In this document: positions 1 through 8,824 of the stretch, in pieces
Layout: the number at the start of each line of letters is the position of its first letter
How positions within the stretch are numbered: the stretch's first letter is position 1
Source of the DNA: Candidatus Bathyarchaeota archaeon
Lineage (GTDB): Archaea > Thermoproteota > Bathyarchaeia > Bathyarchaeales > Bathycorpusculaceae
Length of the DNA: 64,000 nucleotides
Reading direction: 5' to 3'
Assembly (NCBI GenBank): GCA_963775465.1
Contig: CAVZIW010000003.1
Coordinates: 160,001 to 224,000 of the forward strand
Program-made: the position numbers and the translations under genes
The notes under the pieces: model-generated
The model's database searches: none
Told to the model about the DNA's origin: nothing
Seen by the model: the letters and a program-made list of their open reading frames with translations, nothing else

Positions 1-353
1 TTAGCTAAAAGGTAAACTCCCATGAAAAAGAGCCAGTCCACAATCGCGGTTAAAACTTTAACCAAGAAAATAAACTGCCCTATATTGATCGCGCCTGTCA
101 CGGAAATAAACATTGCCAACACAATTTCATATAGCGGAGGGGTCCAACCCAAATTCGCCAAAGAAATTTTGCCCGTGTTAAGGAAAATCTGTGCTTTTTC
201 AAGGTGAACTGCGGGGTCGTTACCCAAAACCACACCATTCATCGATATTAACACGTAAAAAATCGCAAGTACGAGCACGGAAAAAATCGTGATAAACGCT
301 ATTTCAATTCTTTTCTCATCTGGTCTCGCGCTTTTCAAAGCGAAAGTGCTCAC
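1..353 (-). CDS. Membrane glycosyltransferase-like (GT-C fold) protein, 5' part only; runs off the left edge
   Basis: Manual translation from GTG at 353 gives MSTFALKSARPDEKRIEIAFITIFSVLVLAIFYVLISMNGVVLGNDPAVHLEKA...WTPPLYEIVLAM. This is a TM helix followed by GxDxxxH, like the adjacent gene. It starts 4 nt after that gene's stop and is not in the ORF track. Confidence 0.65.
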   Translation of the reverse strand, partial: MSTFALKSARPDEKRIEIAFITIFSVLVLAIFYVLISMNGVVLGNDPAVHLEKAQIFLNTGKISLANLGWTPPLYEIVLAMFISVTGAINIGQFIFLVKVLTAIVDWLFFMGVYLLA

Positions 354-357
354 CTAC

Positions 358-2709
358 CTAACCTAGATTGAGGTTGCTATTGATTTTAAAGATGGCAACT
401 TCGTTATTAATAAATACAAGGTTAAATGAGGGATCTTTGAGGAATTTCGGGAACATTTCAGGATTGCGACAGGCAATGTATGAGACCTCGTAGTTTTGTA
501 TTTCTACTTGATAGTTGAAGATTTGTACCCAGTCTTTTGTATTATCTGGAGTTTGTTTCGAATTCAAGTTATCTGTCATTTGTTTTCCTAAAAAAGTGTT
601 TTTAGTACTGGCATTATTGTAAATGTTTAGGTCATCACTGACCGAGTATGCACTTGCAAAAATCTGAATTTCAGAATTTGGTTTTCCATTCAAGTTATAA
701 TCTAGGTGTATGCGATGTTGTGTTCCATTTTCCAAAATTATTGGAGTTGCTGGCTGGTTTAAGTTAAAAATTAACTGTGCGAAAACCTTCATAGGTTCAT
801 CAAACAAGCCAATAGTTCTATCGTTGTCATAAGGTATTGTTTGGTTCACCTTACTTTGCACGTCTATAATCACTCTATCCATAGAAACATCTGGAACTAC
901 ACTGTCTATAGATGTAGTGAAGTTAACAAGACGTAGTCCTTTATAGACTGTTGTTTGCTGAGTGTAATTGAAGTAGTCGTTACCTCTAGTAACAGTGATA
1001 CTTACGTGCTGTGTGGCATTTTTCATTGACATATCTTTTACTTTAAGCGTATCCAAAGATACTGAACGAGCATCTCCATCAACTGAGTAGTAAATTTTTG
1101 TTTCGTTACTGGAAAAAACGAAGAATGAAATCGGAAAATATGTCCAATTAAGTTTAGCCACTATCTCAGGATTATGCCTAGCAATGTATCCGCCATCCTC
1201 TCGAACCTGAATTAAGCCATTATCAATTAAATAATCGGTATCAAGAAGGCTCTTAGCAAAAAGGCTTTTTTTATATTCACTATTGATTGTAAGATACTGG
1301 GGGTCAACAGCACTATATGTTCGTCTCTGGGCAAATCCACCGAGCCACCATCCGTACAATGCATCGGAAACAAACACTGAGTTTGTGGAGGTGTCGGTTT
1401 TTGCCCATTGAATCGCGTCCCAAAGTTGGTTGTCCATGAGTTGGTAGAAACTTTGGATTGTTTGGCCACCATTGTAGTATATTGGGCTCATAAAGATTGG
1501 AATTACAGTAAATGAAAACATCAGAAGAAACATTATAAATCCTGCATATATACTCCCGCGAGTTTGAGTAGCTGAAAGCTTGGCTATTCTTTTGTTAAAA
1601 CCCTTCTTGGTTTTTTGTGCTTGGTTGGCAAAACTTCGATATGTAGTTATAAGGTTGGCAAAAAAGCTGGAACCATGCTCAATAAGAACTGCGATGAAAA
1701 TTATAAAGGGCAAGATCAGAAAGTAAAGAAAACGGTTGTAATCGATAGGAAACCCAACTAAATAAGTCTGTGACAATACCAATGGCACAAAAGTCCATAC
1801 TGAAAGAAGGAACGTTGGCAAAGCAAGAAACCGTCCAGCATATTTTTTCGAAAAAATAAGAAATCCTGCAAGGACACCAAACAATGGCAGAACTAAACTG
1901 AGCGGAAGCTGTTGAGTCGCGATCGTTGCGACCTTTATTGCCATCGAACTTGTGGAGTCAGAAGATAGAGAAGAATTGTTGCTTAGGTATTCTGGGATCG
2001 CCTGCATCATAAATGGGAAAAAAAGCAAAGCTCCAAGAATAATCGGCAAAAACCAGTAGAGACCGGTTTTACGCGTTGTACCGAATATTTTTGGTTTGAC
2101 AAGAACAAATAACGCAACAACAGAAGTGATGGCTATAAACATTGCAGCGCTTAGTGAATGCGTTAAAAATATTGATCCAGCTAAAATGGAAGTTGACACA
2201 AGAAATGGCATTGTTGAAATTCTGTCCTTCTGTAAATACAAATAAAACGTTAATGGAATTAGCAGCAAAGTTATTACGTTTGGATAGCCACCCCACATCA
2301 ACATTTCTATATCGAAGCGTGAGATCGCCGCTAAAAAAGCCACTATTAATGCTGCGGATTCGGACCACACACGCTTAGTTATCAAATAACCAATCAAGAC
2401 AACAAGCGATGAAAACAAAGAGACGATTGCTGAATGTGCGACATAATCTGGCAATCCTGTCATTAACATTATACTTGAAGCAAAAATGTGGTATCCTGGA
2501 AAAGTAAGCGAAACACCTCCTCCCATATGGAAAGCATTATAGAAAAAATTTACGTTTCCTGACCCTGTAATCGAGTAGATAACACTGTTGTGTAAACCAA
2601 TATCCGCTCCTGGGGGGAATCCCTCCCAAAGCATCAATAGCAAACGGTAAACAAAAGAGAAAACAAAAACTGACAACAACACGAAGTATGTTCTGTTTGC
2701 TTTGAGCAT
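358..2709 (-). CDS. Polytopic membrane protein, GT-C/PMT/STT3-like glycosyltransferase with a C-terminal extracellular domain
   Basis: 783 aa. N-terminal TM then PPGADIGLH, many TM helices, WGGYPN, DYNRFLYF, AIQWAK...SDALYGWW and a soluble C-terminal domain. Confidence 0.65.
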   Translation of the reverse strand: MLKANRTYFVLLSVFVFSFVYRLLLMLWEGFPPGADIGLHNSVIYSITGSGNVNFFYNAFHMGGGVSLTFPGYHIFASSIMLMTGLPDYVAHSAIVSLFSSLVVLIGYLITKRVWSESAALIVAFLAAISRFDIEMLMWGGYPNVITLLLIPLTFYLYLQKDRISTMPFLVSTSILAGSIFLTHSLSAAMFIAITSVVALFVLVKPKIFGTTRKTGLYWFLPIILGALLFFPFMMQAIPEYLSNNSSLSSDSTSSMAIKVATIATQQLPLSLVLPLFGVLAGFLIFSKKYAGRFLALPTFLLSVWTFVPLVLSQTYLVGFPIDYNRFLYFLILPFIIFIAVLIEHGSSFFANLITTYRSFANQAQKTKKGFNKRIAKLSATQTRGSIYAGFIMFLLMFSFTVIPIFMSPIYYNGGQTIQSFYQLMDNQLWDAIQWAKTDTSTNSVFVSDALYGWWLGGFAQRRTYSAVDPQYLTINSEYKKSLFAKSLLDTDYLIDNGLIQVREDGGYIARHNPEIVAKLNWTYFPISFFVFSSNETKIYYSVDGDARSVSLDTLKVKDMSMKNATQHVSITVTRGNDYFNYTQQTTVYKGLRLVNFTTSIDSVVPDVSMDRVIIDVQSKVNQTIPYDNDRTIGLFDEPMKVFAQLIFNLNQPATPIILENGTQHRIHLDYNLNGKPNSEIQIFASAYSVSDDLNIYNNASTKNTFLGKQMTDNLNSKQTPDNTKDWVQIFNYQVEIQNYEVSYIACRNPEMFPKFLKDPSFNLVFINNEVAIFKINSNLNLG

Positions 2710-2816
2710 TAACTTTCCCGCTTAATATAGTTAAATTGGAATTGTTGGTAAAAGGTTAAATATGGATTTCGAGTATAAAAAGCCCAGAGTATTAAAAAGG
2801 AAAAAAAGGTGTTTAA

Positions 2817-3242
2817 ATGTCTTGGCTTAAATCTATGATGGAAAAAGAACCACCAGAACCAGAAAATCCATTAGGTATAGTAGTTATCGGCAACATCGAA
2901 CCAGACATGCACGATACAGCAAAAGAAGCTGTCAGGCGCTCCCTGAAACGTGCAGGCTTCAAAACAATTGACGTCGGAAAAAGCGTTGCTCCCCAAGTAT
3001 TCATCGACAAAGTCAAAGAAAACAATGCAAACATAATCGCTATATCCGTAAACACAGTACCTGCAAAGAATAATCTCGCCAAACTCGATGAACTGCTCAA
3101 ATCATCAGGACTAAAAGAAAAAATAGGCATAATAATGGGCGGCGCAGCTGTCAAAAAAGAAGACGCAGACGCACTCGGCGCACTCTTCGGCAAAAACAAA
3201 GAAGAAGCCCCAGAACTTGCAAAGAAAGCATTGAAGAAATAA
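2817..3242 (+). CDS. Stand-alone cobalamin-binding (corrinoid) protein, MtaC/MtgC-like Rossmann domain
   Basis: GNIEPDMHDTAK (DxHxxG variant), GFKTIDVG, IIAIS and IIMGGAAV. It lies 19 nt upstream of mtrH. Confidence 0.85.
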   Translation: MSWLKSMMEKEPPEPENPLGIVVIGNIEPDMHDTAKEAVRRSLKRAGFKTIDVGKSVAPQVFIDKVKENNANIIAISVNTVPAKNNLAKLDELLKSSGLKEKIGIIMGGAAVKKEDADALGALFGKNKEEAPELAKKALKK

Positions 3243-3261
3243 ATCCCTCAGATGTGGAAAA

Positions 3262-4173
3262 ATGTCCTTTCAATTCAAAACACAACAGAAAGTATACGAG
3301 CTTGGTAAGGTTAAAGTAGGCGGTCAACCGGGCGAATTACCCACTTTTCTGATCGGCTCTATCTTTTGGCTAGGCCAAAAAATGGTTACTGATGCAAACA
3401 AAGGAGTTTTTGATGCAAAAGTTGCCGAACAGATAATAAATACATGCCAAACCCAAAGCGACAAAACTGGTGTCCCCTTCGCTCTTGATATAGTCGGTAC
3501 GACTGAAGCAGCGTTCGAAAAATACATTGACTTCGTACCAAAACACACGGATGCACCTATGATGCTCGATGCAATGAGCCCAAGAACTCGCATGGCAGCA
3601 GCAACCTTAGCAAAGAAAATGGGTCTTGCAGACAATTGCCTCTACAACTCTGTCTACAAAGGAGTCACAGACGCTGAACTCGCAAACCTAAAAGACAGTG
3701 GCATCAAAATGTCCATAGTTCTCGCAGACGATCCAAAAGACACCACCCTTGAAGGCAAAATGAATGTAATAGTCGAAGCACTTGCATTAGCCGATAAAGG
3801 CGGTATCACAAAACCACTCATTGACACAGCTATCCCTGCATTCGAACCAGACATGGGAACAGCCGTCAGAACTATACCAATCATGAAAGAAAAGTATGGT
3901 CACCCAGTCGGCTTAGGAAGCGGAAACGTTGTCACAACCATGGGTTGGGTCAAAGCAAACGTTGCTAAAGAGTTCCGTTATGGATGCAGAACTTCAACAA
4001 ACTCAATTATGCAAGTGGCAGGCGCTAACTGGCTTATGATTGGACCAGCTGAACAAGCGGAATATGTATTCCCCGCTGTCGCAGTAACTGACTCGTACAT
4101 TGGATCTGCTGCAGGCGATCTAGGAACAAGACCCCTGGAAGAATCGCATCCAATCTTTAAGATGTTTGCATAA
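3262..4173 (+). CDS. mtrH: Methyl-H4MPT/H4folate:corrinoid methyltransferase, MtrH/MtgA family
   Basis: F.F..QQKVYELGKVKVGGQPGELPTFLIGSIF start, YNS, PLIDTA and GANWLMIGP...VFPAVA...HPIFKMF end, all typical of the MtrH family. Confidence 0.88.
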   Translation: MSFQFKTQQKVYELGKVKVGGQPGELPTFLIGSIFWLGQKMVTDANKGVFDAKVAEQIINTCQTQSDKTGVPFALDIVGTTEAAFEKYIDFVPKHTDAPMMLDAMSPRTRMAAATLAKKMGLADNCLYNSVYKGVTDAELANLKDSGIKMSIVLADDPKDTTLEGKMNVIVEALALADKGGITKPLIDTAIPAFEPDMGTAVRTIPIMKEKYGHPVGLGSGNVVTTMGWVKANVAKEFRYGCRTSTNSIMQVAGANWLMIGPAEQAEYVFPAVAVTDSYIGSAAGDLGTRPLEESHPIFKMFA

Positions 4174-4212
4174 CATCTTCCTTATTTTTTATATAAACTT
4201 GAAGGTATTATC

Positions 4213-4623
4213 CTGAAACCGCTTAGATGGTTTGAAATAATCGTCTCCTTCACATTTTTAACGATAATAATAACTTATTTTAGTCCAAGTAGCGAAACTT
4301 TTTCTTTTATTCTAGTTCCTCGCTATATTCTAAGTTTCATTTTTATTTCATTCTTGCCTGGATATTGTTTAGTTAAAGTCCTGTTTTTAGGTAAGAACAA
4401 GATTGACATAATCGAAGAACTCGTGTTATCTGTTGCCTTAAGCTTTGGCTTAGCCGGTCTAGTAGGGTTATTCTTGGGCTTATCCCCTATAGGAATAAAC
4501 TTCGGATCCATAACTATCTCATTGAGCGCTATAGTTATGATGTTTGCTGCAATAGCCTTCATCCGAAAAACACGGGAACTCTCAGTGCCTAAAATGCAAG
4601 TACCGAAGCAAATAAGCCCCTGA
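4213..4623 (+). CDS. Small membrane protein, DUF1616-like; probable CTG start upstream of the called TTG at 4354
   Basis: FLPGY..VKVLF...IDIIEELVLSVALS motif. The frame is open back to the mtrH stop. CTG at 4213 follows GAAGGT and adds two more hydrophobic segments. Confidence 0.6.
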   Translation: MKPLRWFEIIVSFTFLTIIITYFSPSSETFSFILVPRYILSFIFISFLPGYCLVKVLFLGKNKIDIIEELVLSVALSFGLAGLVGLFLGLSPIGINFGSITISLSAIVMMFAAIAFIRKTRELSVPKMQVPKQISP

Positions 4624-5961
4624 AGTTTTCACAGCAGCCATTCCATAAACTCCTCCTCTACCCATCATTTTTAATACATAACGGGGTCTGAGATAGAAAT
4701 CTTGGTAGGCTTTAGCCCGTAGCTCAGCAAGTTTTTCCATACTCAACTGGGGGGTCTCAAAGGTTGGACCAGCAGTATCGTATTTGTCAAAATCAGTAAC
4801 CCGTAGCCAGCCGTTTTTAATTACTTGCTCATACATGGGAGTTCCAGGATAAGGAGTCGCTATGTAGAAGCCCACATCATCGGGATTTAGCTCTTTTACT
4901 AAACGAATGGTTTCAAGAGCTGTTTGCTCGGTTTCTCCTGGGAAACCCAAAACTACGTTGGCAATAGTCATTAAACCTATCTGGTGCGCTGTTTTGTATG
5001 CTTTTTTAGTTTGCTCTATCTTTATTTTCTTGTTCATGGCACCTAAGATAAGTTCTGAACCTGACTCGACGCCTAACCAAACTGCAAAGCAGCCAGCATC
5101 ATGCATAGTTTTGAGAAGTTCGTGGTCCACCATATCCACTCGAGTTCCACAATCCCACTTCAAATGCAGCTTCCTTGCATGTAACTCTTCGCAAATTTTG
5201 ACCACTCGGTTACGATCAACGCTAAATGCATCATCGTAGAAGGTTACTTGGTCAACTCCGTATTTGTCGTAGATAAGCTGCATTTCGTCAACGACGTTCT
5301 TGGGGCTACGCATGCGATAACCTCTTCCGAACATCCTTACTGTGCTACAGAAGTCACACCAATAGACACATCCCCGGCTACTGACAAGGGGGAAGATGAT
5401 TTTGCCGTTGTGTTTTAGGTTCTCCAGCGGCAACAGGTGATGCGCTGGGAAAGGTAAACTGTCAAGATCTTCAATGAAAGGTCGATCTGGGTTCCGAACT
5501 ATTTGGAGGTCGCTTCGGTACGTGATGCCCAAAACACCTTTAAGGCTAATAGAACCTTCTATTTTTTCGACAAGTTCCATGAAAGTCAATTCGCCTTCTC
5601 TTCTAACTACGATATCTAAAGCGGGGTACTCTTTGAGAGCGTTCTCGTCCCAGAAAGTGCCATGTGAACCGCCAAGAACTGTAGCTGCTTGGGGATGAAC
5701 TTCTTTGATGATGGATACAAGCTTCATGGCTGACTTGTAAAGTAGTGTGGTCGCGGTTACGCCAACTATGTCGGTGCTTATTTGGGCGATGCGCCTGCGG
5801 AAAGCCTCTGGGTTGAGTTTTTCAGCTTGGCAGTCTATTATAGTGATTTGGTGTCCTGCTTTTTCGGCGACTGCACCAAGATAAGCTAAGCCGAGCGGGA
5901 TGAAGGCTGGATGGGAATGAACACTTGGTGGATAAGGTGGATTAACCAGCGTTATTTTCAT
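4582..5961 (-). CDS. Cobalamin-dependent (class B) radical SAM protein #1
   Basis: LVNPP, PLGLAYL, GGSH, SRGCVYWCDFC, FYDDAF, GVESG, GFPGET and TPYPGT motifs. Confidence 0.92.
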   Translation of the reverse strand: MKITLVNPPYPPSVHSHPAFIPLGLAYLGAVAEKAGHQITIIDCQAEKLNPEAFRRRIAQISTDIVGVTATTLLYKSAMKLVSIIKEVHPQAATVLGGSHGTFWDENALKEYPALDIVVRREGELTFMELVEKIEGSISLKGVLGITYRSDLQIVRNPDRPFIEDLDSLPFPAHHLLPLENLKHNGKIIFPLVSSRGCVYWCDFCSTVRMFGRGYRMRSPKNVVDEMQLIYDKYGVDQVTFYDDAFSVDRNRVVKICEELHARKLHLKWDCGTRVDMVDHELLKTMHDAGCFAVWLGVESGSELILGAMNKKIKIEQTKKAYKTAHQIGLMTIANVVLGFPGETEQTALETIRLVKELNPDDVGFYIATPYPGTPMYEQVIKNGWLRVTDFDKYDTAGPTFETPQLSMEKLAELRAKAYQDFYLRPRYVLKMMGRGGVYGMAAVKTSGAYLLRYLHFRH

Positions 5962-6354
5962 TTCAGTCTGCCTTTCTCTGGATGTCTTTGGTTGGATGGG
6001 ATATATTGCTTTCTTATTAACGCGCCTTTCTTTTTTAAAATGGTTTCTTCTGATTTTAGGTAAATTTGATTAATTTATTCTGAAAGGATTGCAAACGTAA
6101 TCAGCAATATTTACTGGAGATTTAGCGAGTATAACCTTGGAAGTTATCGAAATAGAATTCTAAAACCTACCATAAAAAACGAGGCTGTAAACATGCACTT
6201 CGCATCTAAAGAATTTGTTGTTGCTGTTGCTACAACCATTATTTGTACGCCTGTTGCAACAGTCACAGGCAAAGAAGATTGGCAAAACATACTTCAGCAA
6301 AGTTAACAAACAGCAAAGATTTCATTGCCAACTGAAAAGAATTATACATAAAGT

Positions 6355-7737
6355 TTAGGAGAGTTTAATATGCATGGCTCTTAGAGCGTATGCAGCTGAT
6401 GTTTTCAATCCTGATCTGCCGTATGTTCCGCCTTTGAGCATCATTTTAAGAACATAGCGTGGTCGTAGGTAGAATTTTTGGTGCGCTTTGTACTTGATTT
6501 CTCGGAGTCTGTCCATGCTTAAGTACGGTGTTTCGAATGTTGGAGTGGCTGTATCGTATTTGTTGAAATCGGTCACCCGTAGCCAGTTGTTCTTTATTAC
6601 TTCCTCATACATGGGTGTTCCTGGGTACGGTGTTGCGATATAACAACCGATATCATCGGGGTTTAAGGAATTGATGAAGTTGATGGTTTCCCATGCAGTC
6701 TCTTCGGTTTCTTCCGGAAAGCCAATAACTGCACTAGCAATTGTCATCATGCCGGCTTTCTGAGCCATCTTAAACGCTTCACGGACCTGTTCACGGTTGA
6801 TTTTTTTGTGCATCTTATCCAAAATCTTCTCACTGCCCGATTCGACACCAAACCATATAGTTATGCAACCAGCGTCACGCATCTTCTCCAATAGTTCTCT
6901 GTCGACAGCATCGACCCGGGTTTCGCAGTCCCATTCCACGTCGAGTTTACGTGCCTTAATATCTGCACACATCTCCAACGTGTGATTACGATTAATCGTG
7001 AATGCATCATCATAAAAAGTGAATTGACTCTCTCCGTACTTACTATGTAGCATCTCCATATCATCTACTACTTTTTTGGGACTCCGTACCCGGTATCCTC
7101 TCCCGAACATGCGCACAGTGCTGCAAAAGTCACACCACTGGACACATCCGCGACTAGTAACGATGGGGAAAATGGTTTTACCCATGCGATGATAAGAATC
7201 AAGAGGTAACAGGTGATATGCTGGCGAAGGCAGTGAATCCAAATCATGCAAGAACGGTCTATCTTCGTTACGTTGAATACCATTTTTCGTTCGAACGGTT
7301 GTGCCTAAAACGTCTTCAAACCCCTTATTGGCTTGGATTCGATCAAGCAACTCAAGGAAAGTGAGTTCGCCTTCTTTGCGGACGATTAGATCGAAGGCTT
7401 TGGTTTCGTTAAGTGCGTTTTCATCCCAGAAGCTTACATGGCTTCCTCCGATCATATTGACGGCTTTTGGGTGAACTTCCCTTGCGACCTCCATGATGGT
7501 TTTTGCCGAGTTGTAAAGAAGAGTAGTTGAAGTTACGCCGACAACGTCTGAGGGAACCCCTGCGATTCGCTGGCGGAAGCTTTCGTAGTTGAGTCTTTCA
7601 CCTTGGCAATCGATGACTGTGACTAAATGACCAGCCTGTTCTGCTACTGCACCTAAATAAGCTAAACCTAATGGTATGAAAGGTGGATGGCTGTGGGCAT
7701 TTGGAGGATAAGGTGGATTAACCAGAGTAATTTTCAA
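6355..7737 (-). CDS. Cobalamin-dependent (class B) radical SAM protein #2, tandem paralog of #1
   Basis: Same motifs (SRGCVQWCDFCSTVRMFGRGYR). Aligns by eye with #1 along the full length. Confidence 0.92.
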   Translation of the reverse strand: MKITLVNPPYPPNAHSHPPFIPLGLAYLGAVAEQAGHLVTVIDCQGERLNYESFRQRIAGVPSDVVGVTSTTLLYNSAKTIMEVAREVHPKAVNMIGGSHVSFWDENALNETKAFDLIVRKEGELTFLELLDRIQANKGFEDVLGTTVRTKNGIQRNEDRPFLHDLDSLPSPAYHLLPLDSYHRMGKTIFPIVTSRGCVQWCDFCSTVRMFGRGYRVRSPKKVVDDMEMLHSKYGESQFTFYDDAFTINRNHTLEMCADIKARKLDVEWDCETRVDAVDRELLEKMRDAGCITIWFGVESGSEKILDKMHKKINREQVREAFKMAQKAGMMTIASAVIGFPEETEETAWETINFINSLNPDDIGCYIATPYPGTPMYEEVIKNNWLRVTDFNKYDTATPTFETPYLSMDRLREIKYKAHQKFYLRPRYVLKMMLKGGTYGRSGLKTSAAYALRAMHIKLS

Positions 7738-7867
7738 GGTGATGCGCCTTTGGTGAAGGGTTACACGTTAAAAACCAATATATTGTTTTTGTAAATAAAC
7801 TCAAAAAATCTAAAAGCACAAAAGTTGAAAAAAAAATGAAAATTTTTTGGTTAACAAAATTGGGGAA

Positions 7868-8770
7868 TTATTTGTAGAGTTTTTCCCAATCGCTGAACAG
7901 TTCTAGGACGTCGTCTCCTCCGTGGTCTTTGAGGAATTCGCGTGTTTCTTTGTCTGCTGCTGCTTCTTTCTGGAATTTTTGGATGTATTCAGCTTTTTCA
8001 GCTAGGAAGATGATGCCGTCGACGCCTTGACGTGCAACACGAGTTGCAACTGTCATGATTTGCTTGGTTGTTGCAACAGTATCCCATGTTTCGTTTGGGC
8101 CGCGGACATAGAAGTTAACGAACATTGGCTTCTTTAGTTGGTTCTTAAATCCACGGGCTATTGTTTCCCAGTACCATGGAGTTGGGTATGATTTACTAAA
8201 CATTGGGATAACGAAATAATCGGCGTATTGTGCCATGGCGTCAAAGTCGTAGCCAAAACGTTCCTTTCCCATCAATGGGTCAGGTAGAATGTTTACGTAG
8301 AGTGGTTTGCCGCTGACGATTTCTTTAACTTCTGCAAGGAAATCTGTTACTGTTTTTGCTCTCCAGTCAACCCATTTTAATCCACTTTTACGTTGTTGTT
8401 CAATACATCTCGGACAAGTGCAGAAGTGTTGGTCTGCAAAGTGTTGGCTGCTAATGCTAATTCCTGGGGTAAGTTTGGTAGATTCTGCGATAATCTTTAG
8501 GTTGTATTCACGCGCTTCTGGGTTAGTCATGCAAACGACGTCCCAGCGAAGGTTAAATCGTTTGTTTGTTCGAAGCGCTGGACCAAAAGAGCTTACTGAG
8601 ATCCAGTCGGGACGTTTTGCCGCCATATTGTTGTCGCCAAAAACTGCGATGTTAGTGTACATTTTTGGGTTGGCTTTGCCCACGATTCCTGACTCAGATT
8701 TTTGACGATAAAAGTTGATATCGACGCCTTCAACAGGCTCAGGTTGATATAGGAATACGCCAGATTTCAA
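7868..8770 (-). CDS. GHL10-like TIM-barrel hypothetical protein with CxCxxC
   Basis: RPDW, VCMTNPEAREY, FCTCPRC, WRAKTVTDF and RFGYDFDAMAQYADYFVIPMF segments. Paralog of 10175..11059. Confidence 0.55.
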   Translation of the reverse strand: MKSGVFLYQPEPVEGVDINFYRQKSESGIVGKANPKMYTNIAVFGDNNMAAKRPDWISVSSFGPALRTNKRFNLRWDVVCMTNPEAREYNLKIIAESTKLTPGISISSQHFADQHFCTCPRCIEQQRKSGLKWVDWRAKTVTDFLAEVKEIVSGKPLYVNILPDPLMGKERFGYDFDAMAQYADYFVIPMFSKSYPTPWYWETIARGFKNQLKKPMFVNFYVRGPNETWDTVATTKQIMTVATRVARQGVDGIIFLAEKAEYIQKFQKEAAADKETREFLKDHGGDDVLELFSDWEKLYK

Positions 8771-8824
8771 GTTATATGCACCATTTTTACGGTTGTTTTA
8801 TTACGGAATAAAAGTGCAGGTTAT

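Noticed and set aside
3262-4173. mtrH as evidence of methanogenesis or a Na+-pumping Mtr complex
   Set aside because: No mtrA-G or mcr genes are in the window, and stand-alone MtrH homologs are common in non-methanogens.
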